Positions 56,384-64,000 of a stretch of 64,000 bases of DNA are shown piece by piece; within the stretch, counting starts at the first letter, position 1; every line of letters starts with the position of its first letter. A program made the translations under genes and the position numbers. The notes below the pieces were generated by a model that saw nothing but the letters and a program-made list of their open reading frames with translations, was not told the origin of the DNA and ran no database searches. Source of the stretch: Macrostomum lignano (Eukaryota); assembly GCA_002269645.1 (NCBI GenBank), contig NIVC01001937.1, positions 1 to 64,000 on the forward strand. Direction: 5' to 3'.

Positions 56384-58675
56384 TGTAAGGCAGGTATGTG
56401 CTAGAACGAAACGGTCTTGAAAACTGCTAAGACGCGCAAGGTTGACTATATACTCGTATATTTGGGGGTCGTGCCAGATTGCAACAACCCCACCTCATAC
56501 AACCGATAAGATGTACATGCAATGAATTACTAAACATACACGATTACACTCAAATAGGCAAGCAGTGTACACTTCACATCACTCCCTTCCAAAGTCGAAC
56601 CGGATTAGGGACTAAAATTTGAGTAGCGAAATCCGAGTAGCGAAAATTCGATTATCAAAAATTCAAGTAGTGAAAAAAATCGAGTAGCGAAATATTTTAA
56701 TTCAAACGAAACCGCAATGTAACTCCTACTAAATTGAATATTAGCAAATTATTAAAGACACGTACATGGACTTAAAACTGGGCCACATAAAAATCAGGCG
56801 GCCTTCGGTCCCTCCCAGACCGCCGAGGCTGGTATCGGTGGCTGGCAGGGGCCCCTTGATGTCCACCTGCACAATCTCCCAGGGCAGTGACGGCACCAAG
56901 TTGCTCTGCAGCGGCGCCCGCTGATGCTAATGAGGCACCTTGCGATGCTGGCAGTTCACGCAGCTGTTCACCCAGTGCTGCACGTCCTCTTTGATGCTCG
57001 GCCACCAGCCCTTGCCGTCGATCCTTGCCAGAGTGCGCTCGGGCGCAAGGTGTCCGCTCGGTGGGTCATCGTGCGCCAGCCTTAGCAGCTCCTGACGGAG
57101 CTGCAACGGAATGGCTGGCTCGCCGCCGCGCCTGATGATGCCGCCGTCGTCGATCTCCAGCCGTTCAGCCGCCACGATTGCTGCTGCCTCGACCGCTGGC
57201 CTGCCTTGCTGCGGTGTCTGACCTGTAGGGAGCTTCCGAATGGCAACCAGCACCGCATCGGCCTGCTGTGCGTCAAGGATGTCGCTGGTGGTCCAGGCAG
57301 GCGCCAGCCGAGTCGCCGCTGCCCTGCTCAGCGCATCCACCACGACATTGTCCTCACCAGGTCGGTAAAGCAGCTTGAAGTTCACTTCTTGGAGGGTGGT
57401 GATCCATCGGGCAAGACGGCCTTCGGGCTCCTTGGTGTTCAGCAGACCCTGCAGCAGCTTGTGATCAGTGAAGACCAACACGCCGCTCACCGAGGCCAGG
57501 TAGTTGCGAAAGTGCTTCATCGCCCACACGATCGCCAGCAGATCCCTGTGAGTCGTTGAATAGTTGCGCTCGGCCTTGTTAAGCACTCTCGAGGCGTAGG
57601 CGACCGGGCACTCGACACCTTCGTGAAGCTGACTGAGGACACCGGCGATGGCCACGCCGCTGCTGTCGCAGGTCAGCTGGAACTCTTTGGAGAAATCAGG
57701 CAGCCGCAGCACCGGTGGGGAAGTCAGCGCTGCTTTCAGCTTCTGCAGGGCTCGCTCGCACTCCTCCGTCCAGGAGAACCGCCGTCCTTTTTGAGTGGCC
57801 TGGTGGAGCGGGCTGGCGATTCTGGCGAAGTGCGGGACGAACCGGCGATAGAACCCCAGCATGCCGACCAGCCGGCGGACGTCCTCTGCGCAGGTTGGTG
57901 TCGAGATGGCCTTTATCGCGCTGATCTTTTCCTGAGTCGGACGGATGCCTTCTGCTGAAATCACGTGACCCAGGTACTCGACCTCCTGGTAGCAGAAGCA
58001 GCTCTTGCGCTTGTTGAGCTTGAGACCGGCTGACTGGAGCCTCTCCAGGACTTTCTCGAGCGTCTGGACGTGGCTGTCGAACGTCGAGCTGAACAGGATC
58101 AGGTCGTCCATGTAGGTGAGCACCTCCGTCCAGTTCATGCCGCACATGGTCAGGTCCATGAGACGCTGGAAGGTTGCAGGTGCGTTGCACAATCCGAACC
58201 CCAGCTTCTTGTACTGCATCAGGCCCTGAGTGCTGTAGAAGGCAGTCTTCTCGCGGTCCTGCTCTCTGATCTCCACCTGAAGAAAGCCCTGTCGAAGATC
58301 TAGAGTGCTAAACCAGCTACTCCCCGTCAGCGCGTCCAGGGCGACGGACAGCGGAGGCAGCGGGTAGGCGTCGCGTTGCAAGCGTTGTGCACGCGTTGAG
58401 AGCTCTCCAGTCAGTACAAATGCGGATGTCGTTTTTCTTACGAACAACAAGGAGGTTGTTCGCCCACGGGCTGCACGACGGCTCGATGATGCCGTGACGC
58501 CGCATCTTGCTGATCTTGTCGTCCACCTGCTGCCGGAAGCTGAGGGGGACCGTCCGCTGCCGCTGCTTGATAGGACGGCTGCCGGGCTCCCGGTTGATCT
58601 CATGCTGCAGCAGAGGTGTCGTGCCGAGGTCGAACTCGTGGCTGGCGAACGATTTTTCGTGCTGGCGAAGCAGCC

Positions 58676-58738
<63 letters not shown>

Positions 58739-59970
58739 AGGATCGCTGAGCGCCGGGTTGATGTTGAAGTCAGCATCCTCGCTGTTGCTGCTGTCGCGCT
58801 CCGCGAGTTCCGCCGCATCGAAACTGCCAATCGCCTGATTCTCGTACAGCATCACTGGGTCGGCACCCAGGTTGCAGACGCCCACGGGCAGGCCACCTTC
58901 AGTGTTGGACACCGCGAGCACCCTGTTCGACAGCAGCCCCGTCTTGTCAGTGAAGTCAGAGTTCGGCTCAAAAAGCCCTTGCTCAGAGGAGGAGTCCACT
59001 TTAACAGGAACGATATTGCGGCTGCGTGCTGGCACCTCGACAGTGCGGGCCACCCTCGCGATCACGGCATTCGGAACCACTCGGCAAGCCTGCTGGAAGC
59101 CGTCGTTCTGTAGAATCGGTATCTTAGCCGGTCCCAGCTGGACAGAAGCAGCACCCAGGTCCACGCTAAAGGCGGACCCCATCCTGCCGATCGCATCCAT
59201 GCCGAGAACGCACTCAGGCTGAATGCCTGCAACTACTGTCACTTGGTGAACAATCGGTGGGAGTCCTTGCAGCTGCACTGTCAGAGTCGCGCACGCTGGA
59301 GACTCTAGATGTCGGCCGTCGATGCCGACTGGAGCGCTGAGTGGCGGCTGAAGCTGCGCGTTGATGCCGAGGGCTCGTCGGCTCGTACCGACACGACTGG
59401 CTGGCGATGCTGCCGGGGAGGAAGATAGAGGCAGGTCGGGCCTTGCTGAGCAGGGCTGGTGATGGCCCACGGTCACCAGTCCTCAGCAGTTTTCCGAAGC
59501 CGGAGTTGGACAGGCCTCGGCGCGGTGCCCTCTGTCCGAGCAGCGGTAGCAGGTGATCTGGGGCGCTGAAGCGGACTGTCGGCTTGGGCATTGGGCGGCA
59601 AAGTGGCCAGGAATTGAGCAGTTGAAGCACCTGCCGCGGCCACCTCTTCCTCGAGCGCTGCCCCTGCCTCGACTGCCGCCTCTTCCTCCGCCCTGTTGTC
59701 CGCCGCGCATACCGATGGCGGCGACAGTGGCGGCCAGCTCCGTCAGCTGCCCCTGTATCCGGCCCAGCTGGTCTGCCATCGGATTGCTGGCCGTGGTCGC
59801 CGCTACGCTGGCCGTCGCTCCCCTGTTGCCATTGATGCTCTCCAGCGCTGTAGCGCGGTCAGCCATCGTCTCAGGACTGATAGTGTTGCAGTCAGATTCC
59901 TTCAGCAGCAATTCCCTGATGTCTCTGGTACACGATTACACTCAGATAGGCAAGCAGTGTGCACTTCACA
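56384..59970 (-). mobile_element. Ty3/Gypsy LTR retrotransposon, internally deleted; 3' LTR 56579-56384, 5' LTR remnant 59970-59929
   Basis: 4-bp TSD AAAC (56380-56383, 59971-59974); polypurine tract GGAAGGGAGTGA before the TGT LTR start; two CCHC knuckles; RT YMDDL; RNase H CDSSG; integrase zinc-finger region. Confidence 0.92.
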
Positions 59971-60799
59971 AAACAATTGTTGAATAGTGGCACAGGATGT
60001 TGCAATCAGAGAGAAGCCAGATTGCGCTTCGTTGTTAAGTGCGACACTATTTTATGGTTTGGTGGATTTCGAGCATGTCCATGTGAATATCAAATAGTTG
60101 CATCTCACTGTATCAAGCTTGTCGACTTGCTCTGAATGACGTGGCGTATCTAACTTGCTGTTCAACTTCTCCAGGTTGCTCTCCCAGCGGGTGTCAATGA
60201 CCTTGACGGCGGCATGTCCACTCTCCGGGTGCTCCACCGTAACTGCAGTGTCTGCCGCCTGCTTTCCATAGTGTTGCTGGGTTTGTCTTCTGGTCTCTCT
60301 CTTCCTCTCACAGTGCGATTTTTGTTTCGTGGAACAGCGGCTTGACCAGGATGGGGATGTCGCCGTGCTCGTCAATTGTGTAATCATTTCTACCGTGTCT
60401 AAGTCCGTCAAGTACATCTGTTCATCCGAGGGTACTTGCTGCTAATATGAACGTTGTATTAGGTGCTATTACGATTTCACAGCGAAAATAAATATTTAGG
60501 AAAGTTGAAAAAGTCCAGTGCCCCTTTTCCCTGTCATCAATTGTCACGGGAGTGTTACTTTGCTTCTCAGGTTGCAGCTGTGTTCACTTGCTGTTCCAGG
60601 TCTTCAGTCTGGACACACTTCATTGGTGAATCGCTGTCGCTGGTGTCTGTTTGAATCGCTCGGCCTGAAGTCGGGTAGCATCACATGCGGTGTTAGCGTG
60701 GGCATGATTTTCAGTCTGTCAGTATGTACCTAAAATGACTCCTGATTAGGGTTATCGATCTTCCTGATTGTTACTGAGGTCTGGCGATGCTTCTTCACG

Positions 60800-62380
60800 A
60801 TCTCATATCGTCCTGTAAATTTAACATGATGTTTGCCCTGTTTCATAGGTTACTTGCAGCATAACCCTGCTGCCTACTTCTAGAGTAGACGGCTTGCGGT
60901 TTTTATTGGCTCTTTCAGTGTTTTTCTTCTGGGCTACCTGTAGGTGGTGTCTGACAATTTCTCGTGTCAGCATTATGCACTCTTGCATTCGGGCTGCAAA
61001 CGAGGTTTCATTCATGTACTTGACCAGGTTCAATTGGGTTGTAAGCTGCATGGACATTATTTAGTGGTTTTCTGGCAAAGACTAGCTCGAATGGTGAGTT
61101 TCGCTGTGTTATAAGCCAACGTTGTGGCTTGGAGGTACTTATGCCATTGGTTTTGATTTTCGGTGGTGTTGGAGCAATATGTCGGAGCATATTTTGGAGA
61201 GTCGAATGTAGACGTTCCACGTGATTAGCTCTTGGGTTGTAGGGTGACGTGAGAATGTGTTTTATCCCTAGGATCTCCAGGGCTTCGGACAGAAGTGTGA
61301 CAGTAAAGTTCTTGCCACTGTCTGTTGACATTGCAGCTGGGATCCCAAAGGTACAAAAGACTGAGAACAGTGTCTCTGCTGTCGTGTCTGCTGTAAGATC
61401 TGGGATCGGAATCGCGAATGCGAATTTCGAAAAACAGAATAGGATCGTAAGTATGTGTGCCACTGTCTCGTTCCGAATATTTGTTGGGACCATGGGCCCT
61501 ACTATGTCCTCTGACAACTAGTCCATTGGTTTCATTGGGATTTGAATCAGTGAACAAAGAATTGAATCAGTTCTTTGTGAATTTTTCCTGACTTATTTCT
61601 ACCACAATTAATGCAGTCGTTACAGAATCCCCAAATGTCTGAGATCATGGCGATCCAGAAGTAACTTCGGCGGATTCTGTCTAGGGTTTTCGAAAACTGA
61701 ATTTGGAACTGTTGCAATCGGAGTAGCCATCTGAGTATCTGGTTATTGATCTGTAGGATCTTGCCTGTTAACAAGCCTCGTAGTGGGGCATGATCTACTC
61801 TCATGAGCGTAGGGATTGGAGCGGCATAAAGGAATTGCTCAAATGTTTTGAAGGCGTGGTGTAGTAAAGAGGTTCCAGGTGGGTTGTTCCATATCTGGTT
61901 TCCGCGTCTCTGAGCTGTCTACTCGTGAACGCTATCGGTTTCTCCTTCCCTGTTTCGTCTACCTGTGAGAGCATGGCTCCTATTCCTTTCACTAGAGACG
62001 ATGAACCGTTGCTAAAGTCTGGATGGATCTTAGATCTTCGGCTATCCATCACTTCATCGCTTTGAACGTTTGGTTTGCTTCCTCTAACCATTTGCGTTTG
62101 GTATTCGAAGCTTATCCTTCCGAGTTCGGTGCTCCTTTGAGCTTGTCAGTCAAAGGCTGGGCCGTGTGCATAGTTCGGAATGTGCTTTCGGGCAAAATTG
62201 CGGAGTCCCAAAAATGCTCTTAACTGAGTTGAATTCTCTAGTTTTGGTACTATTTGCACTTTTTTTACTAAAGCTCGGTCCGTCTCCATTCTGATCAATT
62301 TTATGTCCCAGAAAGGTAATGGTGGGTTGGGCAAATCGACACTTATGCAGCTTTAGCTTCATTCCATGTTGGTTAAAAGT
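60800..62380 (-). mobile_element. Degenerate Ty3/Gypsy pol remnant (RT end, RNase H, integrase), truncated at the piwi copy B junction
   Basis: LKLHKCRFAQPTITFLGH; GIGAMLSQ...KPIAFTSRQL...RYGTT; DIVGP...FSKFAFAIP...FGIP...TDSGKNF...YNPRAN.VER. Confidence 0.85.
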
Positions 62381-62458
62381 GTTATTTAGATATAAACTGT
62401 TGTCACTATAATGCTTCTTGCACTACTTCCAGCTATTCAACAATCCAAGTTACTCAGC

Positions 62459-64000
62459 ATGTCTCAACAGCCTAAAGGCCGCGGTCGTGCCCGAGGTCGC
62501 TCAGGCCCACGCCCTGAGGAGGTTTCGTCTGGCGCCAGCTTCGCCCCAGCTCCAGCAGCTCCAGCCCCTGCCCCAGTCGCTGCTGCTCGTCCAGCTCCAC
62601 CACCAGGCCTGAGTGCTCAAGCTGGTGTTGCTGGTCCACCTGGGGACCAGCAGAATACTGGACGCGGTGTTGGCCGCGCTGTCGAACGTGGCGGTGCTGC
62701 GCAGCAGGCCGGAGATCCGGGCCAGCTGTCTGAGCGCATGGCCGGCCTGCGAGTTGGCGGCGAAGCCAGCGGCGACCGAGGCGGCCTACAACGAAAGCTG
62801 CTGCGCTTCCAGCTGGCGAATGTTCGGCCGGAGGGAGCTGCGGGCAAGAAGGGCAGCAGCGGAGCCCCGGTGCAGGTGATGACGAATTTCGTTCGGATCA
62901 ACACCGAGGACAAATGGTGCGCCTACCAGCTGGCCGCCGACTTTCGCCCGATGCTGGGCGCGAAGCCGCTGCGCGAGAAGCTGCTGAACGATGCCCAGCA
63001 GGTGCCAAAGCCGTTTGTTTACGATGGCGGCTGCCTGTACACCAAGCAGCCCCTGGCGCCTGCCGAGGGAGTAAAGTTTGCTGCCAGCATCAAGTCGTGG
63101 AGCGGCGAAGTTGCAATTAGACAGGTTGGCGTCATCGAAAAGAACACGCCTCAGTGGTTGCACTTGATGAACGTAGTGCTTGGAAAAACCCAGAGCCATC
63201 TCAACATGCAAGTGGTCGGCAGAAACTTTTATTACCCCGACCAAGCGACGAAGCTTCCACAGCATCGCATGGAGGTAAGCAGTTTGCTCTGCTGTTACAG
63301 TTAACTTTAGTTACAATTGAAATTTGTTCTCAAGCTCTCAATCCTCTCACTCAATATTCTTCGATCGCCTTTACCAGGTGTGGCCCGGCTTTGAGATGGC
63401 CATCAAGCCGTCTGACGGACCTCTGATGCTGCATGTTGACGTGTCGCACAAGATCATCCACATGAGCACGGTTCTGGATGTGATGTACGACATGTACAAT
63501 CGCAATCCCGGCAATTTCCAAGCCGCAGCCACCGACGCCTTGGTGGGGCAGATAGTGCTCACGCGGCACAACAACAAGACGTATCGTATTGACGCAATCG
63601 AATGGGATAAGCGAGTAACTGAGACCTTCCCCAGGTACAATAAGAGCACTCGCCAGAGCGAGGAGATTTCGCTGGCCCAGTACTTCGCCCAGACGTACAA
63701 TGTCAATTTGTCGGACAGTGAGCAGCCGATTCTGATGTCGAAGCCGCGCAAGCGAGATCTGCCGCCGACTAAGGGAGGCCGCCGAGAGCAGGCTGAGAAC
63801 GTTCTTCTGCCGCCAGAGGTTTGCTTTATGACCGGTCTGACTGATGAGATGCGGGCCGACCGAAACCTGATGAAGGACCTGGCCACCTTCACTCGGATTG
63901 ACCCGTCAACTCGGTGCGGTAAGCTGGTGAAATTTGCAAGCACAATGGCCCAAAACCGGGAGTGCCAGCGGGTGCTAGGAGAGTTCGGCCTGGCGGTAGC
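62459..64000 (+). CDS. piwi: Piwi-clade Argonaute, copy B (runs off window); exon 62459-63274, exon 63378->64000
   Basis: Near-identical inverted copy of copy A with the same 103-nt intron; open frame to the window end. Confidence 0.96.

Noticed and set aside
49686-62397. Spacer as a flamenco-like uni-strand piRNA cluster
   Set aside because: TE orientation is mixed (Tc1 plus, both Gypsy minus) and there are no small-RNA data; a dual-strand cluster remains untested.

Overview
Eukaryotic (invertebrate) genomic DNA with short or repeat-filled spliceosomal introns, abundant micro/minisatellites and nested transposons. The style fits the flatworm Macrostomum, but this is an inference and no search was run. 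1-28 kb: several spliced genes, including a minus-strand gene that joins a tetraspanin-like module in frame to a DC-STAMP/DCST-like module, a secreted Lys-rich repeat protein, tail-anchored proteins and two small TM-PPxY genes. 28-44.3 kb: a decayed Polinton/Maverick (major capsid, packaging ATPase, adenain-like protease). Its capsid gene is split by an RTE fragment, and a near full-length Ingi-type LINE sits in the RTE tail, carrying an HDV-like ribozyme, a 2A-like peptide and PHD-APE-RT-RNase H. A Penelope piece with a hammerhead and MITE-like elements also lie in this interval. 46.7-64 kb: two nearly identical piwi genes in head-to-head inverted orientation. Their 12.7-kb spacer holds a sharply bounded CpG-depleted, apparently C-to-T hypermutated block, a Tc1 element and two Gypsy remnants. 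Most long ORFs in the supplied track are repeat or antisense artefacts. Many frameshifts could be decay or long-read assembly indels, and the sequence alone cannot separate the two.
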